From assembly GCA_002342805.1 (NCBI GenBank), contig DDQW01000074.1, forward strand, positions 15,906-79,905: a stretch of DNA of 64,000 bases. The letters are read 5' to 3'. The position numbers were made by a program, and so were the translations under genes. The stretch is from Clostridiales bacterium UBA2432 (GTDB lineage Bacteria > Bacillota > Clostridia > Lachnospirales > Vallitaleaceae). This document shows positions 52,904-63,566 of the stretch, in pieces (positions within the stretch are counted from its first letter, which is position 1; each line of letters starts with the position of its first letter). The notes beneath the pieces are model-generated. The model saw only the letters and a program-made list of their open reading frames with translations. It did no database searches and was not told the DNA's origin.

Positions 52904-54313
52904 ATGAAAAAAAGTAAAACGAAACATTGGATTCTTATTATACTGTTTGTTGTCATTGTTTATGGATTCGGTGGAATGACTTTGCTATCAAACAACAACA
53001 TGAAGATATCTGAAATAGAAAACAGACAATTAGTAACTTTTCCGATATTGAGTGAAGAGACTCTTTTTGATGGAAGCTATTTTCAAGACATTATCAATTA
53101 CTATTCGGATCACTTTGCCCAAAGAGAACGTTTATTAATCTTAAGCAAAAAAATAGAATCTTATAAGGGATCTCAGGGCGAAGATCAAGTTGAGATTGTT
53201 CTTACATCACCTGAGGCTGATTTCACTCCAGAGGTGGAATTACGAGAAAGGGTTATGCATCAAGAAGAGAGGCAACCGATCAAAACGGCATATGACTTGA
53301 ATCAACGTGTATATAATTTTGCAGCAAGGGACATCGAACGGTTTACGGAGATTCGTCCGATTGAAGTTGAGAGCATTGATGATGATACATTGTTAGAACA
53401 ATTACAGGTTACGGATGATGAAACAATAGAAGGAGAACGTAAAAATAGTTTGCTCATTATCGAAGATACGATTTATGAAATTTTTGGCTACACGGAAAAT
53501 GCATGTGACTACTACGCATCTGCCATTAATTCCTTTGCTGAAAAATTTGATGAGGATATGACCGTTTATTCCATGGTTGTACCCAGTCATATTGAATTTT
53601 TATCCAGTCAAAAATATCGAAGTTTAGCCGATTCACAAGCGGATGCGATTAATCGTATTAATGAGACTTTTATAGAATCAATTGTTCCTATTAATGCGTA
53701 TAGTATACTTGCCAAACACAGCGATGAATATATATACTTTCGTTCGGACCACCATTGGACAGGGCGGGGAGCCTATTATGCCTATACGGTATTTGCAGAC
53801 AAGATTGGCGATAATGCTTATGAGTTAGACCGATTTGAAAAAACAGAACTTGAAGGATTTTTAGGCTATTTATATTATAAGAATTTTAATCGAAACGTCA
53901 AAAACAATCCGGATACAGTTGAAATATATCATCCCTTCGTTGAGAATGAGTACACAGTAATAACACAAGGTAATCGAAGGATAAATTTAGATGTGATAAA
54001 TATGAATTATGCAAAGAAAAGCAATAAATATATGGTGTTTTTAAGTGGTGATAATCCCTTGTCAGTGATTGATACCGACTTAGATAATGGCCGTAAAATA
54101 CTTGTTTTTAAAGATTCTTATGGTAATGCCTTTATTCCTTACTTAACATCCCATTATGATGAAATACATATTATTGATCCCAGACATTATAAAAAAGGTG
54201 CTGTCACATATGCAAAAGAACATGATATCAAAGAAGTACTTTTTTTGAATTCTGCTGTCTTGATATCGAGCAACAAAGGATTTGCAAATTACATTAAATC
54301 CGTATCGTATTAA
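52904..54313 (+). CDS. DHHW-family extracytoplasmic O-acetyltransferase partner (AlgJ/PatB-like)
   Basis: N-terminal TM, SEIENR, YFRSDHHWTGRG, KDSYGN, IDPRHY. Confidence 0.85.
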   Translation: MKKSKTKHWILIILFVVIVYGFGGMTLLSNNNMKISEIENRQLVTFPILSEETLFDGSYFQDIINYYSDHFAQRERLLILSKKIESYKGSQGEDQVEIVLTSPEADFTPEVELRERVMHQEERQPIKTAYDLNQRVYNFAARDIERFTEIRPIEVESIDDDTLLEQLQVTDDETIEGERKNSLLIIEDTIYEIFGYTENACDYYASAINSFAEKFDEDMTVYSMVVPSHIEFLSSQKYRSLADSQADAINRINETFIESIVPINAYSILAKHSDEYIYFRSDHHWTGRGAYYAYTVFADKIGDNAYELDRFEKTELEGFLGYLYYKNFNRNVKNNPDTVEIYHPFVENEYTVITQGNRRINLDVINMNYAKKSNKYMVFLSGDNPLSVIDTDLDNGRKILVFKDSYGNAFIPYLTSHYDEIHIIDPRHYKKGAVTYAKEHDIKEVLFLNSAVLISSNKGFANYIKSVSY

Positions 54314-54335
54314 TTTAAAGCAATAATAAAATAAC

Positions 54336-54363
54336 TTGAAATTTTTTGGTTTACTGATATACT
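54336..54363 (+). promoter_or_regulatory. Sigma-A promoter of eno
   Basis: TTGAAA-16 bp-TATACT with TGn extension. Confidence 0.65.
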
Positions 54364-54402
54364 TGAAGAGTAAGTGTTATCCTAAATAACACGCTAGAAT
54401 AG

Positions 54403-55752
<1,350 letters not shown>

Positions 55753-55760
55753 AAAAAGTG

Positions 55761-55789
55761 TTGAAAAGGGTTCTGCTTTATGCTAGAAT
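55761..55789 (+). promoter_or_regulatory. Sigma-A promoter of secG
   Basis: TTGAAA-17 bp-TAGAAT with TGn extension. Confidence 0.7.
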
Positions 55790-55819
55790 ACTACTGTTGT
55801 TATTTTAGGAGGTGTAATC

Positions 55820-56068
55820 ATGGGAACAATGTTGGTTATCATTAAAGTACTCTACGTACTTGTGTGTATAGCGCTTATCGGAGTTGTATTATTTCAACAA
55901 GGTAAGACAGCAGGTTTATCCGGAGCTATTGCCGGTGCAGGCGAATCATATTGGGGAAAGAACAAAGCAAGATCAATGGAAGGTGGCTTACATAAGCTTA
56001 CTGTTATATTATCTGTTGTGTTTATCTTCATGACCATGTTGATTAATATACTTGCAGAGATAGGATAA
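55820..56068 (+). CDS. secG: Preprotein translocase subunit SecG
   Basis: VLFQQGKTAGLSGAIAG; two TMs; follows eno. Confidence 0.96.
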   Translation: MGTMLVIIKVLYVLVCIALIGVVLFQQGKTAGLSGAIAGAGESYWGKNKARSMEGGLHKLTVILSVVFIFMTMLINILAEIG

Positions 56069-56146
56069 ATCATGAATCACCATTCATTGTCCATGACTAC
56101 GGCGAATGAGATACTGGTGAATAAATGACATAATGTTAAAAAATTG

Positions 56147-56175
56147 AAGGTCATACCGTTTGGTATGGCCTTTTT
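56147..56175 (+). terminator. Intrinsic terminator after secG
   Basis: AAGGTCATACC-GTTT-GGTATGGCCTTTTT. Confidence 0.8.
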
Positions 56176-56273
56176 AGTATCTAACCCTAGTATATTTTTG
56201 TTAAATATATTATAATAAGAACATATATCATGATTTTTCAGTAAAAAATCAATAATAAAAGGAGAGAATACGC

Positions 56274-57407
56274 GTGAAGAAACAATTAAGTATTTTAATG
56301 GTAACTATTTTTTTGTTTAACGCTTTACTTCAAACAGGAATTATGGCAGCGGTTGAGGATGCAAGTTCTTGGGCACAAATGGAAGTAAGCACTGCAATAG
56401 AAGAAGGATTGGTACACTCAAATTTACAAGGTGAATATCAAGAAAACATCAAAAGATATGAATATGTGCTATTAGCTTTAGAAGTTCTTGATCAAGAAAA
56501 TGTTAATGTATCTATTGTTCGTCAATATCCTTTTACAGATATACTTGAGCACACATATAAAGAAGAAATTGTTCGAGCATATAATGCGGGTATAATAAAA
56601 GGATATGGTGATGGAACCTTCCGTCCAGATGCAGCAATTCGCCGAGAAGAAATTGCTTCACTGGTTGTTAACCTTGTGAAGGTCTTAGAAGATGATGAGG
56701 TTAATATACAAGAGCAAAGCATACAGTATGCAGATAATTCAAGTATTTCAGGATGGGCTAAGCCATACATTGATTATTGTTATACTAATGATATTATGAA
56801 AGGCATTGGTAAAAACAACAATGGATTAGATATAATTTCACCACAAGGTAAAGCGACCCGAGAGCAGTCGATTGTTTTATTGTATCGCTTAGCAAAGGAA
56901 AATGAATTGCTACGGGATGAAGTGTTTGAGCCAGTGAAGGTCTTAACAGGGTATGATGAGGAAACCGATGAAGCCATTTATGAAAGTTCAACACTGTTCA
57001 ATGATTTTTCTAAAGAATTTGATGATGAGATTACAACAATGATTTATAATGAGTTAATCGATTCGAATAATGTTATAATCGAAGAATTAGATACTCATCA
57101 TATTTCTTTAAATATGTATGGAAATAGTAGTCTAAATTTAAGCTCATTTGATACCTTCCAATCCATAAGAGTTATCTATGAAAAGGGTGAAGATTCCTCA
57201 GCTTTAGACCATTTTTTAACCATAACATTAATGATGAAGGATAATCCGAATGTCTCTTATGAAATAATGCAAGAACAAACAAAACTTGAAGACGAAGGTG
57301 GAAGTTTTTATCGTGAACTTAATGCATTCGAATCAATCTTTGGAAGTACTTATGAAGAAGATGGAGTGGATTATATAGAGTTCAGGTATGAATATAGGTT
57401 AAAATAG
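56274..57407 (+). CDS. Secreted S-layer homology (SLH) domain protein
   Basis: Signal peptide; three SLH-like repeats (IKRYE, GIIKGYGDGTFRPDAAIRREE, IMKG...ATREQS); acidic C-terminal domain of unknown type; GTG start. Confidence 0.88.
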   Translation: MKKQLSILMVTIFLFNALLQTGIMAAVEDASSWAQMEVSTAIEEGLVHSNLQGEYQENIKRYEYVLLALEVLDQENVNVSIVRQYPFTDILEHTYKEEIVRAYNAGIIKGYGDGTFRPDAAIRREEIASLVVNLVKVLEDDEVNIQEQSIQYADNSSISGWAKPYIDYCYTNDIMKGIGKNNNGLDIISPQGKATREQSIVLLYRLAKENELLRDEVFEPVKVLTGYDEETDEAIYESSTLFNDFSKEFDDEITTMIYNELIDSNNVIIEELDTHHISLNMYGNSSLNLSSFDTFQSIRVIYEKGEDSSALDHFLTITLMMKDNPNVSYEIMQEQTKLEDEGGSFYRELNAFESIFGSTYEEDGVDYIEFRYEYRLK

Positions 57408-57419
57408 GGAGGGATTAAA

Positions 57420-60251
57420 ATGAAAAAAAAATTAAAACATGTGTTGGCATATATCATAACATTAACAATTATCCTAAGTTCATCATGGATATCAAGGCCT
57501 ATAGTTCAAGCGAAAACTTATGATTTTAAAGCTGAAGTATCAACAAATCGTGAGGCAGACAAGACCACTTTTATGTTCGATGAAGAATTTGCAACAGGCA
57601 ATGAAAGTTTGTTGAATTATTCGGTTGATTTCGATCCTATTGAGAGAGCGAAAATTGAAGGACAGCGAAAACCCAAAGAAATTGTAATGATTATTGATAC
57701 CTCAGGTAGTATGGCCTGGGACCTTGAAGGGAATAACCCAAGTTGGAATGAAGACTCACGACTGGATATTACTCAAGAAGCCGCAAAAACTTTTTTAAAT
57801 CAATTGTCAGAATTGGATAATGTAAAAGTGTCGTTAATAAATTATTCATATGTAGCACAGGTTTATAGCAGTGGCAGTACAAAATTATTTGACTTAAACG
57901 ATACAAATTTGAATAATATACAAGATGAAATTGATGATTTTAACGCAAACGGTGGAACGAATATTGGAGATGCATTACGCCAAGCACACTATCTTTTGGG
58001 ACAAGATGGAAATGCTGATGCAGATCAATATATTGTTATAATGACAGATGGTGAACCGACGTTTTATAGCTACGAAAATAACGGTTCTTATCAAACGCGT
58101 TCAGGGAGTGCCATAAATTATAATAATGGCAATCATTATACTAAAGGTTTAGAATATGCTAATTTAATAGCTAGTAGCCTTGTGGCCAATACATCAACGG
58201 TGAATTATGGTATTGCTTTTTCAGACCTTGCAGCAGGTAATAAGTTACAAGAAATTACAACTTCAATGGATGGATCTTATTATCAAGCCCTAACAGCTGA
58301 GGATATCAATGCTGTATATGAAGAAATCGCACAAGAAATTAGCGTTGAAGCAAGCTTAAATGATGTTGTGTTTGAAGAAGAATTACCAAATGGGATAGAA
58401 GTCGTAGAGCTTCCGGATGGATTTGAAGTCAATAATAATGTCATACAAGGAACATGGTCACGTGTTGACTATACATTGAATGAGTCAACAGGTTATTACG
58501 AAGCGCCTACACTCAATTTTCAGGTTAAAGTTCGCGTAACGGAAGCTGGAGAATATTTGTTGTCTACAAGCAATTCAGGAATCTATTACACTGATTTGGA
58601 CGGTACTTTGGGACATAAATATTTTGATGAAGTAAGATTGCTTGCTGAAGCATTTGTTGAAGGGGAAGATAGTTATCTCAAATTATCCCGATTTGCTGAT
58701 CGAACAAGTTTTGAATTATCAAGTGCCCCAGAAGAAAATCATATTAAATTAGATTACAATATAACCTTTAAGCCAATTGAAGCTACCAGTTTAACTGATG
58801 AAAATCCCGAACGGGAAATAATACTTGTTTTTGATACGTCAGGCAGTATGAGAAATAATATTGCAGGTACATGGGAGAATGGAGAAAGACTAGAAGTAGC
58901 GCAAGCTTCGGCAAGAAGTTTTATTGATAAATTTAGTGCATATTCAAATACAAAAATTGGTTTGGTTACATTCGATTCTAAAGCAGATGTTGATGTTGAT
59001 TTGACGTCAGATAAAGAATTCGTTAGAAGTAAAATAAGTGACTTATACGCAAGTGGTGGTACAAATACTGGTGATGGGCTGAGATTAGCTTATCATGCAT
59101 TGAACAATGGTAGCCAAGCAGATAAACATATTGTGCTTATGACAGATGGTGAACCAACTTCCTTTAGTGTATCAGATTCTCTTGAATATACGCCTGCTTA
59201 TTGGCGGAATACAAAAGTAGGAGAATATTATGATTCAAAATTAAACTATGTGAGAAGTATAAATGATTTACCAGATTATAAAGTGAATGTTGGAGTTGCT
59301 CAAAATTATTTTGTGTCTTACAATAATGATTATCAAAGTTTCGGATATACATATGCTAAAGAATTATCTGAAATGATTAAAAACACTAATATTAATCCCC
59401 ATTATATTGCTTTTTCTTCGGATGCAAGTAGTAATGTATTAGATAATTTGGCAGATGATGCAGATGCTCAATATTATCAAGCGTTTTCAGCGACTGATAT
59501 GGAAAATGTTTATGATCAAATTGCTAATGATATTACATCAACAATGGCCTTAGATAATGTCCGATTTGAAGAAACCTTACCTGCTAATGTAAAAGTCATT
59601 TCTGTAACAGAGGGATTTATGCAAAATGAGCAAGTGATTTCTAGAGAGTTTGGAAACATTGAATATACATTAAATACAGAGAACAATATGTATGAAGCTG
59701 CTCCAATTGAATTTAGTGTTGAAGTTGAAATTGAAGAACCAGGAAATTATGTCTTCGGCGACGATGAAGCTTCTTTTGTAACGTATGTAGATACTGAACA
59801 AAATCCCCGAAAATTAAGCTTTCCTGAACTTCCTATTGAAGCCAAAGAGCTGTTTAATGAACCACCAATTATTTCTACAGAGTTTGATGAAGATATGATT
59901 ATTGTTTCAGGTGAAGAATCCGAAGGAAATGAACCGGCAATAACAGTACATGCAAAATTCGATGGTATTAAAGTTGATATCGTAGAAACAGCATATAAAA
60001 AGTTAGCAGATGATCAAGAAACAGCAACAGCGGATGATTTTGTTGGGACAAAGGCTTCGTCAAACAATCCAATGGTAACAGATGATGACAGTCCTTTCGA
60101 AGATGATTCAGAAGATGATGTTGTTCTTCTAGAAAAAATAGAGGTGACTGAAAATGGATTGTATGCTATTTATGCAAAGAATGCAGTTGGATTAGAAACT
60201 GTTGAAGTTATTGAAATTGACTCCTTTGTATTATTACCGGATGTCATTTAG
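57420..60251 (+). CDS. Secreted protein with two tandem VWA + Ig-like modules
   Basis: Signal peptide; MIDAS DTSGSM at aa 93 and 472; GGTN and MTDGEPT in both; each followed by a beta-rich FEExLP domain. Confidence 0.88.
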   Translation: MKKKLKHVLAYIITLTIILSSSWISRPIVQAKTYDFKAEVSTNREADKTTFMFDEEFATGNESLLNYSVDFDPIERAKIEGQRKPKEIVMIIDTSGSMAWDLEGNNPSWNEDSRLDITQEAAKTFLNQLSELDNVKVSLINYSYVAQVYSSGSTKLFDLNDTNLNNIQDEIDDFNANGGTNIGDALRQAHYLLGQDGNADADQYIVIMTDGEPTFYSYENNGSYQTRSGSAINYNNGNHYTKGLEYANLIASSLVANTSTVNYGIAFSDLAAGNKLQEITTSMDGSYYQALTAEDINAVYEEIAQEISVEASLNDVVFEEELPNGIEVVELPDGFEVNNNVIQGTWSRVDYTLNESTGYYEAPTLNFQVKVRVTEAGEYLLSTSNSGIYYTDLDGTLGHKYFDEVRLLAEAFVEGEDSYLKLSRFADRTSFELSSAPEENHIKLDYNITFKPIEATSLTDENPEREIILVFDTSGSMRNNIAGTWENGERLEVAQASARSFIDKFSAYSNTKIGLVTFDSKADVDVDLTSDKEFVRSKISDLYASGGTNTGDGLRLAYHALNNGSQADKHIVLMTDGEPTSFSVSDSLEYTPAYWRNTKVGEYYDSKLNYVRSINDLPDYKVNVGVAQNYFVSYNNDYQSFGYTYAKELSEMIKNTNINPHYIAFSSDASSNVLDNLADDADAQYYQAFSATDMENVYDQIANDITSTMALDNVRFEETLPANVKVISVTEGFMQNEQVISREFGNIEYTLNTENNMYEAAPIEFSVEVEIEEPGNYVFGDDEASFVTYVDTEQNPRKLSFPELPIEAKELFNEPPIISTEFDEDMIIVSGEESEGNEPAITVHAKFDGIKVDIVETAYKKLADDQETATADDFVGTKASSNNPMVTDDDSPFEDDSEDDVVLLEKIEVTENGLYAIYAKNAVGLETVEVIEIDSFVLLPDVI

Positions 60252-60274
60252 GCAACATATACTTAGAAGTAAAC

Positions 60275-60305
60275 ATGAAAGGGCACTTTTAAAGTGCCCT
60301 TTCAT
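60275..60305 (+). terminator. Hairpin after the VWA gene
   Basis: ATGAAAGGGCACTTT-T-AAAGTGCCCTTTCAT. Confidence 0.65.
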
Positions 60306-60332
60306 ACATATAGTGAATAGAGGAGTGAGTGC

Positions 60333-62480
60333 ATGAGTAAAGAAAGAAAAAAAGTCTTAATGGATATTATTTCAAGTAAGGAATACAAACCATTAAAGCT
60401 AAAAGGATTCAAAATTTTATTAGGACTGGAAAATGAAGAGATTGAAGAACTCGAAGCCTTATTAAAAGAGTTAGTGACAGAAGGTAAGCTTATACTTACC
60501 AACAAAAAAAAGTATATTCTTAATGAAGATACAAACTATCTTGTAGGTACCTTTGTATCTCATCAAAAAGGTTTTGGCTTTGTCGAAGTTGAAGATCGGG
60601 AAGATGATATATTTATACCGGCAGACTTTACAAAAGATGCCTTCCATGGAGATACAGTGTCGGTTAATATTAAAACAGAAAAATCGGGAGACCGCCGAGA
60701 AGAAGGAGAAATCGTTCAAGTATTAAAACGCGGTATTGATACGGTCATTGGAACCTTTCAAAAAAGTCAAAACTTTGGATTTGTTGTACCGGATCATAAA
60801 AAATTAAATAAAGACATTTTTATTCAAAATGGAAAAACTAACGGAGCAGTCAATGGCCACAAGGTCGTTGTAAAGATTTTAAATTGGGGTGGTGGAGGTA
60901 AAAACCCAGAAGGGGTTATTATATCTATTATAGGACATATCAATGATCCTGAGACAGAAATCAAATCAATTATACTTGCCTATGGTATTCCAGTTGACTT
61001 TCCAGAAGAGGTCATGGAAGAAGTCAAGTTGGTTCCGGACAAAATTACCCAAGACATGATTCGCGAAGAAAGCCATCGAGAAGACCTTCGTGGTGAGATG
61101 ACCGTAACGATTGATGGAAAAGATGCCAAAGACTTAGATGATGCCATTACATTGAAAAAAATATCCAATGGCTTTGAACTTGGTGTTCATATAGCCGATG
61201 TTACCCATTACGTTGGTGAAGGAACCGCACTCGATCAAGAAGCATTATCTCGCGGTACTAGTGTTTATCTCGTTGACCGTGTAATTCCTATGCTACCACA
61301 TCGTTTGTCTAATGGAATATGCTCTTTAAATGCCGGCGAAGACCGCTTTGCTTTAAGTTGTATCATGGAAATTGATATGAAGGGAAAAGTTAGAAAACAT
61401 CGTGTCGTGGAGTCGATTTTAAATATTAATGAACGTATGAATTATGACGATGTTAAGCAAATACTTGTTGATCATGACGAGGAACTCATGAAACGTTATC
61501 ATGAGCAAATGGATATGTTTAAAACAATGGAAGACCTTCAGAGTATTTTAAAAGAACGTCGTCGACAGCGGGGATCCATCGAGTTTGATTTCCCAGAAGC
61601 AAAGTTTAAGCTTGATGATAAAGGACGAATTATTGATATATATGCCTATGAACGTAGCGTAGCAACAAAAGTCATTGAAGAATTCATGCTACTTGCCAAT
61701 GAAACCATTGCGGAGGAATTTCATTGGCAAGAAATTCCGTTTTTATATCGTAGTCATGAAGATCCCGATCCTGAAAAAATACGTAATTTGACGGAATTTA
61801 TTCGAAACTATGGATACAAGCTAAAAGGAAAAGAACTTGAACCTCACCCAAAAGAAATTCAAAAGCTCTTAGTTGAAATAGAAGGTAGTGAACAAGAGAC
61901 AATTATCAGTCGTTTGGCATTGCGTTCTATGAAGCAAGCAAAATATACCACAACGAGTGATGGACATTTTGGTTTGGCAACAGATTATTATACACACTTT
62001 ACGTCCCCCATACGTCGCTATCCGGACTTGCAAATTCATCGTATTATCAAAGATGTCATTAACGGACGATTAAATGATCAGCGTTATGAACACTATGAAG
62101 ACATTATGGACAAGGTAGCCGCGGATACGTCAAGGTTAGAACGGCGTGCAGAAGAAGTTGAACGGGAAGTTGCCAAATTCAAAAAAGCTGAGTATATGGA
62201 AGATAAAATCGGGCAAATGTATAGAGGTGTTATCAGTGGCCTAACCAATTGGGGGATTTATGTGGAACTGCCTAATACCATTGAAGGTCTGATTCCAATG
62301 AATCGATTAACGGATGATTACTATAACTATGATGAAAAACACATGACCCTCATTGGTGAACGTAACGGAAGAATATTCCGTTTAGGTGAAGCAATAACTG
62401 TCGAAGTCCTATCTGTTGATAAACGAATGCGAACTATCGACTTTGGGATTATCTACGAAGATTTCGATGATGAGGAATAG
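60333..62480 (+). CDS. rnr: Ribonuclease R
   Basis: Cold-shock domains, TIDGKDAKDLDDA, HFTSPIRRYPDL, S1 domain. Confidence 0.97.
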   Translation: MSKERKKVLMDIISSKEYKPLKLKGFKILLGLENEEIEELEALLKELVTEGKLILTNKKKYILNEDTNYLVGTFVSHQKGFGFVEVEDREDDIFIPADFTKDAFHGDTVSVNIKTEKSGDRREEGEIVQVLKRGIDTVIGTFQKSQNFGFVVPDHKKLNKDIFIQNGKTNGAVNGHKVVVKILNWGGGGKNPEGVIISIIGHINDPETEIKSIILAYGIPVDFPEEVMEEVKLVPDKITQDMIREESHREDLRGEMTVTIDGKDAKDLDDAITLKKISNGFELGVHIADVTHYVGEGTALDQEALSRGTSVYLVDRVIPMLPHRLSNGICSLNAGEDRFALSCIMEIDMKGKVRKHRVVESILNINERMNYDDVKQILVDHDEELMKRYHEQMDMFKTMEDLQSILKERRRQRGSIEFDFPEAKFKLDDKGRIIDIYAYERSVATKVIEEFMLLANETIAEEFHWQEIPFLYRSHEDPDPEKIRNLTEFIRNYGYKLKGKELEPHPKEIQKLLVEIEGSEQETIISRLALRSMKQAKYTTTSDGHFGLATDYYTHFTSPIRRYPDLQIHRIIKDVINGRLNDQRYEHYEDIMDKVAADTSRLERRAEEVEREVAKFKKAEYMEDKIGQMYRGVISGLTNWGIYVELPNTIEGLIPMNRLTDDYYNYDEKHMTLIGERNGRIFRLGEAITVEVLSVDKRMRTIDFGIIYEDFDDEE

Positions 62481-62521
62481 AAAGAGTAAAATGTAGTAAT
62501 ATAACTGTAATATCAGAACAC

Positions 62522-62549
62522 TTGCATTTTATTGGGAGTATGATATAAT
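62522..62549 (+). promoter_or_regulatory. Sigma-A promoter of smpB-ssrA
   Basis: TTGCAT-16 bp-TATAAT with TGn extension. Confidence 0.7.
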
Positions 62550-62597
62550 AAAATGCACGTGTACAAACACGTAAGGATAGATAAGGTGGTGAACGTA

Positions 62598-63071
62598 TTG
62601 GCTAAATCAAAAGATGCATATAAGTTAGTTGCACAAAACAAAAAAGCATATCATGACTATTTTGTTGAGGAAAAATTTGAGGCCGGTATTGTTCTAGCAG
62701 GAACTGAAGTGAAATCCATGCGACAAGGAAAAGCCTCTATAAAAGAGAGTTATGTTCGTATTCGCAACAGTGAAGTTTACATTCAAGGCATGCATATAAC
62801 ACCTTATGAAAAAGGAAATATCTTTAACAAAGATCCATTACGTGAACGTAAGTTATTGCTTAACCGATATGAGATTAACAAACTTGAAGGTGCTATCGCA
62901 ACCAAAGGCTATACCTTAATGCCTTTAAAAGTGTATTTAAAAGGTAGCCTAATGAAAGTTGAAATTGGTCTTTGTAAAGGTAAGAAAATCTATGACAAAC
63001 GTGAAGATATTGCCAAAAAAGATCAACGAAGAGCTGCCGAAAAAGACTTTAAAGTAAAAAATCTTTATTAA
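62598..63071 (+). CDS. smpB: SsrA-binding protein
   Basis: [36 protein letters not shown]; probable TTG start 62598 after aaggtggtg. Confidence 0.98.
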   Translation: MAKSKDAYKLVAQNKKAYHDYFVEEKFEAGIVLAGTEVKSMRQGKASIKESYVRIRNSEVYIQGMHITPYEKGNIFNKDPLRERKLLLNRYEINKLEGAIATKGYTLMPLKVYLKGSLMKVEIGLCKGKKIYDKREDIAKKDQRRAAEKDFKVKNLY

Positions 63072-63099
63072 ATCTTTTGGGTAAAAAGCTTGCCAGTAC

Positions 63100-63447
63100 G
63101 GGGGTGTACTGGTTTCGACGGGGATTTTGAAGTTAGGGAAGCCATTCGCAGTTCCGGCGTCTGCGTCATCAAGCTGGAAAAATTTTAAACGCTGAAGATA
63201 ATAATTTAGCATTCGCAGCCTAAGGGCTGCGCGTCATTTCTAAGTATCTCGCTGCTTAGAGTCTTGGCGCCATTCAGGCGAGGAACTTTTCTAACAAAGC
63301 TTTGAGTTAGCAAAAGAAATCATGAAGCTACTAAAGCGATAAGCCTGTTGGACGGCGTATCGTAGAGGGAATGTCAAAAGACCAACTATAATGGAAGAAG
63401 CCTAATGGATGGGTTTTCGGACAGGGGTTCGATTCCCCTCACCTCCA
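63100..63447 (+). ncRNA. ssrA: tmRNA; tag reading frame 63191-63223 encodes (A)AEDNNLAFAA*
   Basis: 5' GGGGGTGTACTGGTTTCGAC; 3' T-arm AGGGGTTCGATTCCCCT; acceptor GGGGGTG/CACCTCC with G3-U wobble and discriminator A; directly after smpB. Confidence 0.97.
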
Positions 63448-63450
63448 GCG

Positions 63451-63492
63451 CATCAAAAAAGTCATACCTTATGGGTATGACTTTTTTTGATG
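63451..63492 (+). terminator. Intrinsic terminator after ssrA
   Basis: CATCAAAAAAGTCATACC-TTATG-GGTATGACTTTTTTTGATG. Confidence 0.85.
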
Positions 63493-63566
63493 GAGATAAA
63501 AGAATCGGACGTGGCCTGAAAGCAAGGGTGCCAGTGGCACCCTTGCGGTGGGATTTCCCTCATCTG
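63489..63566. repeat. REP-like palindromic element flanked by degenerate copies of the tmRNA 3' end
   Basis: Perfect palindrome GCAAGGGTGCCA-G-TGGCACCCTTGC (63522-63546); left flank resembles the reverse complement of the tmRNA 3' end, right flank resembles it directly. Confidence 0.55.

Noticed and set aside
60234-60251. LPDVI as a classical sortase signal
   Set aside because: No following TM helix or basic tail; kept only as a possible docking peptide.
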